DNA of 64,000 nt from Minisyncoccota bacterium. GTDB taxonomy: Bacteria; Patescibacteriota; Minisyncoccia; Phycocordibacterales; UBA9973. Under the pieces are notes generated by a model. That model saw only the letters and a program-made list of their open reading frames with translations. It had not been told where the DNA came from and did not search any database. This document shows, in pieces, positions 19,419-28,272 of this stretch. Both the position numbers and the translations under genes were made by a program. The stretch lies in the NCBI GenBank assembly GCA_041657885.1, contig JBBABB010000001.1, forward strand, positions 198,926-262,925. Direction: 5' to 3'. Position 1 is the stretch's first letter. Each line of letters begins with the position of its first letter.

Positions 19419-20058
19419 CTACCTCTTCTTTCCTCTTTAATGTTTCTTTCCATGAAGACTGAGCAAATTCTAGATAATCTTTTTTATTTTTAAAATTAGA
19501 TAAAACTATTTCTTTATTACACAAACCTTTTACTTCGTCTTTTGTGTATTCTTCTAGGCTTGATTTACTAAATTCTGAAATCAAATTTCCATTTTCATTT
19601 CTATTATTAAAATTTACATAGGCACTTAAATTAAGAAGATAATTATTATCTTCTATTATTTTTGACTTGAATCTCCCTTGAAATAAAACACCGGATCTAT
19701 CATACTTTTCATTAAAATATCTAGTATAGCCACCGACACGTTGCATAAATTTTTCAATACCATTATCAACAAGAGGGGAAAGAATGAGATGAAAATGATT
19801 TTTGTTTATACAATAAGCAACAATGGAGACTAGCGGTTTTTTAGTAGTTGAACTACTAAAATTTAACTTTTTCTTTAAATGTTGTTGAAATATACTTTGA
19901 ATCGGATCAATCACATTAAATTCAACAAGACTTTGCATAAATCTTTTAAGGTCTTCGTTGTCTAAAATAATATTTCTTCTATCCGAACCTCTATTATAAA
20001 TATGATAATATTTTCCTACTTCAAAAATATGATCTCTCATAGGATTATTATACCACAT
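19411..20058 (-). CDS. REP-associated tyrosine transposase (RAYT; IS200-like Y1 HUH, COG1943 family)
   Basis: YHIYNRGSDRRNI, HUH motif NHFHLIL, catalytic region YTRYFNEKYDRSGVLFQGRFKS...NYLLNLSAYVNFN. Confidence 0.85.
   Translation of the reverse strand: MWYNNPMRDHIFEVGKYYHIYNRGSDRRNIILDNEDLKRFMQSLVEFNVIDPIQSIFQQHLKKKLNFSSSTTKKPLVSIVAYCINKNHFHLILSPLVDNGIEKFMQRVGGYTRYFNEKYDRSGVLFQGRFKSKIIEDNNYLLNLSAYVNFNNRNENGNLISEFSKSSLEEYTKDEVKGLCNKEIVLSNFKNKKDYLEFAQSSWKETLKRKEEVEF
19839..19861. repeat. REP palindrome inside the RAYT coding sequence (encodes FSSSTTKK)
   Basis: TTTTAGTAGTTGAACTACTAAAA in frame within the CDS. Confidence 0.7.
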
Positions 20059-20063
20059 TTATA

Positions 20064-20090
20064 AATTTTAGTAGTTGAACTACTAAAATT
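20064..20090. repeat. REP palindrome 6 nt upstream of the RAYT start codon
   Basis: AATTTTAGTAGTTGAACTACTAAAATT. Confidence 0.7.
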
Positions 20091-20128
20091 TTGTAATTTA
20101 TGATAATAAAGTGATATAATAGAAATAT

Positions 20129-21181
20129 ATGGAAAATATAAAAAAAATAAGAGTAGCTATTAATGGTTTTGGGAGAATTGGTCGGGCATTTTTGAAAATT
20201 GCTTGGAAGAGAGATGATATTGAAATAGTCGCGGTGAATGACCTCGGCTCAATTGAAAGCTTAGCGTATTTACTCCGACACGACACTGTTTATCGAGATT
20301 GGGAACATCCCGTGCGAATTGAAGATAATTCTAACGGGACAAGTAAGTTTCTTATAATTGATGAAAAGAAAGTTCAGTTCATTTCAGAAAAAGATACAAC
20401 CAAACTTCCTTGGAAAGATTTAGGTATTGACGTTGTGGTTGAGTCAACTGGTCTCTTCACTTCTTATGATAAAGCAAAATTCCACATTGATTGTGGAGCT
20501 AAAAAAGTTGTAATAAGTGCACCATCAAAAGGTGCTGAAAGCACAGTCCACGGCGAAACTATTCTCTTAGGTATTAATGAAGAAAAATTTGGCTCTTGTG
20601 ATATCACTTCAAATGCTTCTTGTACAACTAATGCAGCAAGTCCACTCATCGCGATTCTCCATGAAGCAATTGGAGTAGAGAAGGCAATTTTAAATACAGT
20701 TCATGGATATACTGCAACTCAAGCTCTTGTTGATGGGCCAAGTAAAAAAGACCTTCGCGAAGGTCGTGCAGCCGCTTGCAACATCGTTCCAAGCTCAACT
20801 GGTGCTGCTATTGCAGTAACTGAAGCTTTTCCAGAGCTTACAGGACTATTTGACGGTATATCTATCCGCGTCCCGGTTCCAGCAGGTTCAATTGTGGATA
20901 TTACATTCATTGCAAAAAGAGATACAACAAAAGAAGAAGTAAATAAAATACTAAAAAAAGCATCCAAAGACCCACACTGGGAAAAACTATTTGCAGTTAC
21001 AGAGGATAATCTTGTGTCCTCGGATATATTAGGCGAAAGTCATGCTTGTATCGCAGACCTAGAAATGACTCGCGTTGTCGGAGGTAATCTCGTAAAAGTC
21101 CTCGGCTGGTACGATAACGAAATGGGGTATACATACACGCTTGTTGACCATGTAGTTAAAACAGGATTAACTATTAAATAA
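20129..21181 (+). CDS. gap: glyceraldehyde-3-phosphate dehydrogenase
   Basis: INGFGRIGR NAD-binding motif, SNASCTTN active-site motif. Confidence 0.93.
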   Translation: MENIKKIRVAINGFGRIGRAFLKIAWKRDDIEIVAVNDLGSIESLAYLLRHDTVYRDWEHPVRIEDNSNGTSKFLIIDEKKVQFISEKDTTKLPWKDLGIDVVVESTGLFTSYDKAKFHIDCGAKKVVISAPSKGAESTVHGETILLGINEEKFGSCDITSNASCTTNAASPLIAILHEAIGVEKAILNTVHGYTATQALVDGPSKKDLREGRAAACNIVPSSTGAAIAVTEAFPELTGLFDGISIRVPVPAGSIVDITFIAKRDTTKEEVNKILKKASKDPHWEKLFAVTEDNLVSSDILGESHACIADLEMTRVVGGNLVKVLGWYDNEMGYTYTLVDHVVKTGLTIK

Positions 21182-21995
21182 TTTTTCCTTTAAATACAAA
21201 AGTAGTAGGGCCACGTAATATTATGTGGCCTTGCTCGTTTTGTGATAGATAAAGTTTTCCACCTGGGAATTCTAAAGTTATTTCTCTGTCAATTACATAG
21301 GACGGTCCTATGTAATCTTTTATAAGAATGGCAAAAACTGCACAAGCGCCGGTGCCACAAGCAAGCGTCTCCCCACAGCCACGTTCCCAGACTTTGACTT
21401 TGTAGTAGTCATCTTTTATTTTTTCAACAAATTCCATATTTATTTTATTGGGGAAGTGCGGATCGTTTTCTATTTTAGGCCCAATTGATTTTATATCTAT
21501 TTTATCTAAATTATCAACCATTGTTACTGTATGCGGATTCCCCATAGATATACAATCAAAAGTAAAACCTTCTAGATTGATGGATTCGCTTGGGAAATCA
21601 CAGCTTTCAAAAATTGGTGTTCCCATATTTACGGAGAAGGTGCCATCAGCATTTACTTTGATGTTTTTGATTCCAGCTCGAGTATCTATATTTAATTCTT
21701 TTAAATTAGAATCCTGCTCGCCGGTGAGGAGGGTTGTTTGCTCTAAAAAGAATTTGGCAGTACACCTTGCTCCATTCCCACACATTTCGGCTTCTGTCCC
21801 ATCGGAATTATAATAATTCATAAAACAATCTGCTTTGTTTGATGATTCGAGTAATATTACTCCATCTGCTCCAATACCAAAATGCCTATCACAAATGAAT
21901 TTAATATAATCGGGGGTAAATTTAATTTCACCCTTTAAATTATTTATCATTATAAAGTCATTACCTGCACCGTGATATTTGTGAAATTCAGTCAT
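21174..21995 (-). CDS. dapF: diaminopimelate epimerase
   Basis: GAGNDFI, CGNGARC and ACGTGACA motifs. Confidence 0.9.
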   Translation of the reverse strand: MTEFHKYHGAGNDFIMINNLKGEIKFTPDYIKFICDRHFGIGADGVILLESSNKADCFMNYYNSDGTEAEMCGNGARCTAKFFLEQTTLLTGEQDSNLKELNIDTRAGIKNIKVNADGTFSVNMGTPIFESCDFPSESINLEGFTFDCISMGNPHTVTMVDNLDKIDIKSIGPKIENDPHFPNKINMEFVEKIKDDYYKVKVWERGCGETLACGTGACAVFAILIKDYIGPSYVIDREITLEFPGGKLYLSQNEQGHIILRGPTTFVFKGKII

Positions 21996-22170
21996 GTGTA
22001 TATTATAACTCTTAATGTGTTTTAATAAAAATACAGAATAATAATGTTCTCGAGGGAACCCTTGCGCAGGCCGACTGGGCCGAGCAGAGCAAAATTTCAG
22101 CAGAAATTTATGCGTGGTGAGTCCGAGAATATTATTATGGAGTATTTTTATTATTTGCTATAATATAAAT

Positions 22171-22617
22171 ATGGTAATTTATATTGGCAGTGACCACGCA
22201 GGTTACGAGTTAAAAGAAAAACTTAAAATATTTTTAAAAGAGATAGGTTATGAAGTTATAGATAAAGGTGCTTTTAAATTGGATAATGAGGACGATTATC
22301 CTGATTTTATTGTTCCAGTAGCCGAATCTGTGGCCTCCAATGAAGGAAGTTTTGGAATTATCCTAGGCGGAAGCGGTGAAGGTGAAGCAATGTCTGCCAA
22401 TAAAATAGATGGAGTTAGAGCCACAGAATACTATGGAGGAGACCCGGAAATTATAAAAGTTTCTAGAGAACACAATGATGCCAATATCTTGTCACTCGGT
22501 GCTCGATTTGTGAATGAAGAAGAAGCTCAAGAAGCTGTCAGATTATTTCTTGAAACAAAATTTTCTGGCGATGAACGACACATTAGAAGAATTAATAAAC
22601 TAGAACCTAACAACTAA
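22171..22617 (+). CDS. rpiB: ribose-5-phosphate isomerase B (ORF track starts at 22114; probable real start MVIYIGSDHAG)
   Basis: IGSDHAGYELK...ILGGSGEGEAMSANK RpiB/LacAB family; TATAAT-like -10 just upstream. Confidence 0.88.
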   Translation: MVIYIGSDHAGYELKEKLKIFLKEIGYEVIDKGAFKLDNEDDYPDFIVPVAESVASNEGSFGIILGGSGEGEAMSANKIDGVRATEYYGGDPEIIKVSREHNDANILSLGARFVNEEEAQEAVRLFLETKFSGDERHIRRINKLEPNN

Positions 22618-22637
22618 CTACTAGAACCTAATTATTT

Positions 22638-23324
22638 ATGACAGAAATAACCCCCGCAATACTTGTAAAAGATTTTAATGAACTAAACGAAAAATTGGCT
22701 AAATTTGTCAATATAACAAAAATGGTGCAAATAGATATTTGCGATGGTAAATTTGTGCCGTCCACTTCTTGGCCAATGCATCAAAGCGATAAAGAAAGTG
22801 TAGAGAGAATTTTGGATGAAGAAGAAGGAATGCCTTTTTGGGATAGCTTAGATTTTGAATTTGACCTGATGGTAATGAACGCTCACAAGCGGTTTGATTT
22901 CTTTGCTCGTCTTGGAACCAAAAAAATTATTTTTCATATAGAAGCTGAAGAAGAAAATAGTTTTAAGGAATTTCTAGAATCACTAGACCCATATTTTAAA
23001 GATAATGTTGATATTGGAATTGCTATCAATACGACGACAGATATAGAAAAACTGGAACCATTTATAAATCATGTAGATTTTGTGCAGTGTATGGGAATAG
23101 AGAATGTTGGATTTCAGGGCGAACCATTTGACGAGAGAGTGTTAAAACAAATTAAAGATTTAAGATTAAAGTATCCGGAATTAAAAATAAGTGTAGATGG
23201 AGCTGTAGATGAAAATACCGCACCACTTCTACTTAAAGCCGGTGCAAATAGATTAGTAATGGGTTCAACGTTACTTCAGAGTTATGACATAAGAGAAACA
23301 ATTAAAGAGTTTGAAAGTTTATAA
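22638..23324 (+). CDS. rpe: ribulose-phosphate 3-epimerase-like
   Basis: ITPAILVKDFNEL...QIDICDGKFVP...VDGAVDENT TIM-barrel Rpe pattern. Confidence 0.75.
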   Translation: MTEITPAILVKDFNELNEKLAKFVNITKMVQIDICDGKFVPSTSWPMHQSDKESVERILDEEEGMPFWDSLDFEFDLMVMNAHKRFDFFARLGTKKIIFHIEAEEENSFKEFLESLDPYFKDNVDIGIAINTTTDIEKLEPFINHVDFVQCMGIENVGFQGEPFDERVLKQIKDLRLKYPELKISVDGAVDENTAPLLLKAGANRLVMGSTLLQSYDIRETIKEFESL

Positions 23325-23354
23325 TTATTTATTATTTTGTTACAATAAAAGAAG

Positions 23355-24191
23355 ATGGAAACATTGACTGATGAAAAAATTAAAGAATTAAAATTAACTG
23401 CAAATAACATTCGCAAGAGTATTATAGAGATGCTATATGAAGCAGGAAGTGGTCACACGGGAGGTGCGCTTGGAATGGCAGATATTTTTACATTGCTTTA
23501 TTTTCACACATTAAAACACGACCCAAAGAATCCTCTTTGGGCTAATCGTGATCGGCTCGTCCTTTCAAATGGTCATATTTGTCCCGTGCTGTATGCAACC
23601 ATGGCCGAAGCCGGATACTTTCCTAAAGAAGAACTCAAAACTTTGCGTAAATTTGGCACGCGTTTACAAGGTCATCCACATCGTGAATATATGCCTTGGC
23701 TTGAAACCTCTTCTGGTCCACTAGGTGAAGGTTTTTCACAAGCAGTTGGTATGGCAATCGTTGAAAAAATTTATGGTGAGACAAAAAATATTTATGCAAT
23801 ATTATCTGATGGGGAACACGATGAGGGGAATACATGGGAGGCAATAATGCTCGCTGGTAAAGAAAAACTTTCTAAATTAATAGTTATTGTTGATAGAAAT
23901 CATATTCAAATTAGTGGAAACACTGAACGAGTTATGCCACTTGGTAATTTAAAAGAAAAATATAAAACATTTGGTTGGAATACTTTTGAGGTAAATGGGC
24001 ACGATTTTTGGGAAGTTAACAATGCTATTTATTTAGCTCATAGAAATAAAATCTCTCCTTCAGTAATAATCGCAAATACTATCCCCGGAAAAGGAGTTAA
24101 AGAATGGGAAAATGATTATCATTGGCATGGAAAAGCACCAAATAAAGAAGAAGCCGAAATGGCACTTGGGGAACTAGATGGTAGGTTATAG
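23355..24191 (+). CDS. transketolase, N-terminal subunit (split form)
   Basis: GSGHTGGALGMADIF...GHPH...SSGPLGEGFSQAVGMA TPP-binding motifs. Confidence 0.88.
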   Translation: METLTDEKIKELKLTANNIRKSIIEMLYEAGSGHTGGALGMADIFTLLYFHTLKHDPKNPLWANRDRLVLSNGHICPVLYATMAEAGYFPKEELKTLRKFGTRLQGHPHREYMPWLETSSGPLGEGFSQAVGMAIVEKIYGETKNIYAILSDGEHDEGNTWEAIMLAGKEKLSKLIVIVDRNHIQISGNTERVMPLGNLKEKYKTFGWNTFEVNGHDFWEVNNAIYLAHRNKISPSVIIANTIPGKGVKEWENDYHWHGKAPNKEEAEMALGELDGRL

Positions 24192-24219
24192 GGAATAGAT
24201 TATAGAAATTCAAAATACA

Positions 24220-25218
24220 ATGTTGAATCAAAATTTAAAACTTAATACGAAAATATTTAATGACAGTGTTGAGAAAGTTTCTACTCGTCAAGGATTTGGG
24301 GAAGGGCTATTAAAAGTAGGGGGAGATGATGAAAATATTGTTGCTCTATGTGCCGACCTAACAGAATCCACCAAGACCAATCTTTTTGCGGAAAAATTTC
24401 CCGAGAGATTTATCCAAGTTGGAGTAGCCGAACAAAATTTAGCTAGTACGGCAAGTGGAATGGCCGCTATGGGTAAAATTCCTTTTATTACTTCTTATGG
24501 AATATTTAATCCCGGACGTAATTGGGAACAAATTCGCACAACTATTTGTTACAATAATCAGCCAGTTAAAATTATAGGTTCACATGCTGGACTTTCCGTT
24601 GGTGCGGATGGAGGAAGCCATCAGGCATTAGAAGATATTGCTATCACACGAGTAATTCCCAATATGGTTGTCATTTCGCCCTGTGACGCAATAGAAGCAA
24701 AGAAGGCAACAATTGCCTGTGCTTTCACAAAAGACCCTACATATATACGCTTGGCTAGAAATAATACTCCAATAATCACAACAGAAGATACTCCTTTTGA
24801 AATAGGGAAAGCACAAATAGTTTTTGTTCCAGAAATCGGGTTAGCACATGTTGGAATTATTGCTACAGGTCCAATTTTATACAAAGCAATTATGTCCGCT
24901 CGTGAATTAGAGAAGAAGGGAATTAAAGTAAAAGTTATGAATTTATCTACTGTCAAACCATTAGACGAGAATGCCGTTATAGCGTTAGCGAAAGAAACAA
25001 AAGCAATTGTGACAGTAGAAGACCATCAGATAGCTGGCGGTATGGGTAGTGCCGTTGCGGAATATCTTTCACAAAATTACATAGTTCCGATTGAATTTGT
25101 GGGTGTACATGATAAATTTGGCCAATCAGGGACTCCAGAAGAATTGGAAAAACATTATGGATTAGATATTCCTAATATAATAGAAAAAGTTGAGAAAGTA
25201 ATAAAAAGAAAAGTTTAA
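24220..25218 (+). CDS. transketolase, C-terminal subunit (split form)
   Basis: RQGFGEGLLKVG...pyrimidine-binding and C-terminal domains. Confidence 0.88.
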   Translation: MLNQNLKLNTKIFNDSVEKVSTRQGFGEGLLKVGGDDENIVALCADLTESTKTNLFAEKFPERFIQVGVAEQNLASTASGMAAMGKIPFITSYGIFNPGRNWEQIRTTICYNNQPVKIIGSHAGLSVGADGGSHQALEDIAITRVIPNMVVISPCDAIEAKKATIACAFTKDPTYIRLARNNTPIITTEDTPFEIGKAQIVFVPEIGLAHVGIIATGPILYKAIMSARELEKKGIKVKVMNLSTVKPLDENAVIALAKETKAIVTVEDHQIAGGMGSAVAEYLSQNYIVPIEFVGVHDKFGQSGTPEELEKHYGLDIPNIIEKVEKVIKRKV

Positions 25219-25520
25219 TTATTACTTATTTTTTGATTTAATTTATTTTTCTTATCCTCCAATAATTGTTTTTCTATTGTCAAATCAATTATTTCGCCAT
25301 CTAATTTTTCAATTTTTTCTGTATCAGAATAATTTGCAGTGCCTAAATTTATACTATCCATTTGAATTTTTAAATCACTGATATCCTTTTCTCTTTGTTT
25401 AATTTCCTGATTAATTTTTTTAATTTCCTGATTTAGTTCTTCTACTTGCTTAATTAGACCAATATCAGTACCGGGATATTTTTTTTCTAATTTTTTTGAA
25501 TGTTCAAATAATTCTTCCAT
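25215..25520 (-). CDS. hypothetical coiled-coil protein
   Basis: heptad-rich ORF, no recognisable homology. Confidence 0.35.
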   Translation of the reverse strand: MEELFEHSKKLEKKYPGTDIGLIKQVEELNQEIKKINQEIKQREKDISDLKIQMDSINLGTANYSDTEKIEKLDGEIIDLTIEKQLLEDKKNKLNQKISNN

Positions 25521-25522
25521 AT

Positions 25523-26527
25523 TTAATTTAATTTAACCGGATTACAGTCCACCGGAGCATTTTTAATATATTCTTCTATTTCGTCTCTATTTAGAAGTCC
25601 TTTATGTGGACCAACATACATCATTACTGAAGCGGCATTTGCTGTACCCCATACTAATGCATTCTTTATTTCCTTCCCCAAAGATAAAGCTGTTATAAAA
25701 GCTCCTGAAAAAGCATCTCCAGCCCCTGTGCTTTCAACTGGAGTAATGGGAAAAGATTTCATAAAAAGCACTTCTTTCCCGTCGTATGAATAAGCTCCGT
25801 CTGCATCATCAGTAATCACTACAATTTTAGGGCCAAGGTCATATATCCCGCTCATTAATTTTTGAATGTCTTTTTCTTTAGTTTTCAAAATTCTTTGAGC
25901 TTCATTGTGATTACATAAAAAAACATTTGTCCTTTGATATATATCCTTAAGTGCATCTGCTCCTAGTTTAATTTGAAAAGTTCCAGGCTGAAAAGCTAAT
26001 TTAACTTTTGTATGCCTTTTCAAATAATCCATTATTTCATTATGAAATGGCAATGAATTCTCACCGAGAGAGCTTAAATAAATCCAAGCGGGGGAATGAT
26101 ATTCTTCTGATTCTTTTGTCTTTGTCCACTCGTATTTATATTTTTCATGTTTTGTTAAAATTGTATGCTCTTTTTCATACCAAAGAACGTAATGATAATT
26201 GGTTAATTTTTCTAATTCTTTCTTTATGAAAGTTGTATCAACTTTTTCTTTTTTTAATACATCTAAACAATTAATTCCATTTTGGTCATCACCGATATTT
26301 GCCATCAGAGCGGATTTCAACCCTAGCCGACTTGCGGAAACTGCCACATTGGAACTATTCCCAACAGCGAAGCATTCCTCTGCTGATTCATAAGGAATTT
26401 TACTCCCAAAACTAAGGCACAATTTACAATGTTCTCCTTGTAGGTCACAATTTTCTTCCGCGTCTTTAATTTTAATAAAAACATCAGTTGCTATGTCTCC
26501 AATAGCTAAAATATCTATGTTCTTCAT
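25523..26527 (-). CDS. PfkB-family carbohydrate kinase
   Basis: N-terminal ribokinase-like GD motif and C-terminal GAGDAFSGAF anion-hole motif. Confidence 0.8.
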   Translation of the reverse strand: MKNIDILAIGDIATDVFIKIKDAEENCDLQGEHCKLCLSFGSKIPYESAEECFAVGNSSNVAVSASRLGLKSALMANIGDDQNGINCLDVLKKEKVDTTFIKKELEKLTNYHYVLWYEKEHTILTKHEKYKYEWTKTKESEEYHSPAWIYLSSLGENSLPFHNEIMDYLKRHTKVKLAFQPGTFQIKLGADALKDIYQRTNVFLCNHNEAQRILKTKEKDIQKLMSGIYDLGPKIVVITDDADGAYSYDGKEVLFMKSFPITPVESTGAGDAFSGAFITALSLGKEIKNALVWGTANAASVMMYVGPHKGLLNRDEIEEYIKNAPVDCNPVKLN

Positions 26528-26563
26528 ATTAATATTGTATCATAAATATGGTACAATATTAAC

Positions 26564-27454
26564 ATGATTAAAACTTTACGAGAATATATAAAAGAAGCTG
26601 AAAAAAATAAGACTGCAATTGGGCATTTTAATGTTTCAAATATTGAGGCCTTGCATGGTATTTATAATGTAGCTAAAAATTTATCCACCTCTGGAGGAAC
26701 TAATGTTCCCATTATTATTGGTGTATCAGAAGGTGAAGAAGAATTTATCGGCAGAGATGAAGTCGCCGTATTAGTAAAAATGATTCGCGTAAGAGACGAT
26801 TATCCGATTTTCTTAAACGCTGACCATCATTACACATTTCTATCTGTCAAAAGTGCACTCGATGCGGGATATGATTCTGCAATTATTGATGCAGTTAAAT
26901 TACCCCTAGAAGAGAATATAATTCTCACGAAACAATGTGTTGACTACGCAAAAGAGTTAGAGCAAAAGGAAGGACGCGATATTCTCATAGAAGCAGAGCT
27001 CGGATTCATTGGTCAATCATCAAAATTACTTGACGCTATTCCTGATGGAATATCAGAAGCTACTATGACCAAGCCCGAAGATGCAAAATATTTTGTAGAA
27101 CAAACAGGAATAGATTTACTCGCTCCGTCAGTTGGAAATATTCATGGAATGGTAAACGGTGGTAATCCACGACTAGATATAAAAAGAATAAGAGAAATAA
27201 GAGAAACTTGTGGAGTACCTCTTGTTCTTCATGGAGGTTCAGGAATTGCAGGTGAAGATTTCACAAGTGCTATCAAAGCTGGTATTTCTATCATTCACAT
27301 CAATACTGAAATTCGTGTAGCGTATAAAAACGCCCTAGAAAAATATTTGGAGGAAAACCCAAATGAAATCGCTCCATATAAAATTCTCGCTCCTGCAGTG
27401 GAAGCGATAGAAAAAGTAGTGGCACAAAGATTGAAACTATTTAATGGAATGTAG
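26564..27454 (+). CDS. fba: class II fructose-1,6-bisphosphate aldolase
   Basis: AIGHFNV, LNADHH and VLHGGSG motifs. Confidence 0.88.
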   Translation: MIKTLREYIKEAEKNKTAIGHFNVSNIEALHGIYNVAKNLSTSGGTNVPIIIGVSEGEEEFIGRDEVAVLVKMIRVRDDYPIFLNADHHYTFLSVKSALDAGYDSAIIDAVKLPLEENIILTKQCVDYAKELEQKEGRDILIEAELGFIGQSSKLLDAIPDGISEATMTKPEDAKYFVEQTGIDLLAPSVGNIHGMVNGGNPRLDIKRIREIRETCGVPLVLHGGSGIAGEDFTSAIKAGISIIHINTEIRVAYKNALEKYLEENPNEIAPYKILAPAVEAIEKVVAQRLKLFNGM

Positions 27455-28222
27455 TTGCAAAATAAGGATTTTGATGTTAATATTGCATCCATGAATACAT
27501 TAACCGCAACAAAGCGAAGTAAGACAGATAAGTTAGGATTTATACGAAGTAACGGTATGATTCCGGCTGTTGTCTATGGCGTTCGTGTGGAAAACACTAT
27601 GATTTCCGTTCCGAGCGTTGACTTTGAGAAAATATTAAAAATCGCAGGTGAGTCAAGCACTATCGTTCTTGAAATAAAAAACGAAACGACAACTAAAGAT
27701 GCAACAAAAAAAGACCTGTCTGCCGACAAGGCGGGAACATCTCAAAAAATAGACGTTCTTATTCATGACATACAAGTTGACCCTGTTAAGGGAAATCCTC
27801 GCCACATTGATTTTCTTGCTATTGATATGAATAAAGTAGTTGAAGTAAATATTCCTATTGAATGGATCGGATTAGCTCCTGCCGAAAAAGATAGTTTGGG
27901 TGTTCTAGTAAAAGTTCTACATGAAGTAGAAATTGAAGCTCTTCCAAAAGACCTTCCTCACAATGTCGTTGTAGATGTCTCTGTCCTCCTTGCTCTTGAT
28001 GACCAGATTCACGTAAAAGAAATAATTCTTCCAAAGGGAGTAAAAATAATAACAAATGGAGATGAAGTAATAGCTCTCATCGCTCCTATCAAAGAAGAAG
28101 TCGTAGAAGAAGTACCGGTTGACCTTTCTGCAATAGAAGTTGAGAAGAGGGGTAAGAAAGATGAAGAAGGAGGTGCAGAGGGAGAGGTAGAAGTTGCTGA
28201 AAAGACAGAAAAAGCTAAATAA
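27455..28222 (+). CDS. rplY: 50S ribosomal protein L25/general stress protein Ctc (likely start MNTLTA at 27491)
   Basis: L25 N-domain RSKTDKLGFIRSNGMIPAVVYG plus Ctc-type C-terminal extension. Confidence 0.85.
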   Translation: MQNKDFDVNIASMNTLTATKRSKTDKLGFIRSNGMIPAVVYGVRVENTMISVPSVDFEKILKIAGESSTIVLEIKNETTTKDATKKDLSADKAGTSQKIDVLIHDIQVDPVKGNPRHIDFLAIDMNKVVEVNIPIEWIGLAPAEKDSLGVLVKVLHEVEIEALPKDLPHNVVVDVSVLLALDDQIHVKEIILPKGVKIITNGDEVIALIAPIKEEVVEEVPVDLSAIEVEKRGKKDEEGGAEGEVEVAEKTEKAK

Positions 28223-28272
28223 TATACTTTTTACTGACAAAAGCTCCCTTTTAATTTATAGAAAGGGGGCTT

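Larger units (their letters stand above)
19392..20090 (-). mobile_element. REP-RAYT-REP unit: REP-associated tyrosine transposase gene flanked by inverted REP palindromes
   Basis: palindromes AATTTTAGTAGTT-N-AACTACTAAAATT at 19392-19418 and 20064-20090 bracket the RAYT CDS; a third copy lies inside the CDS. Confidence 0.75.
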
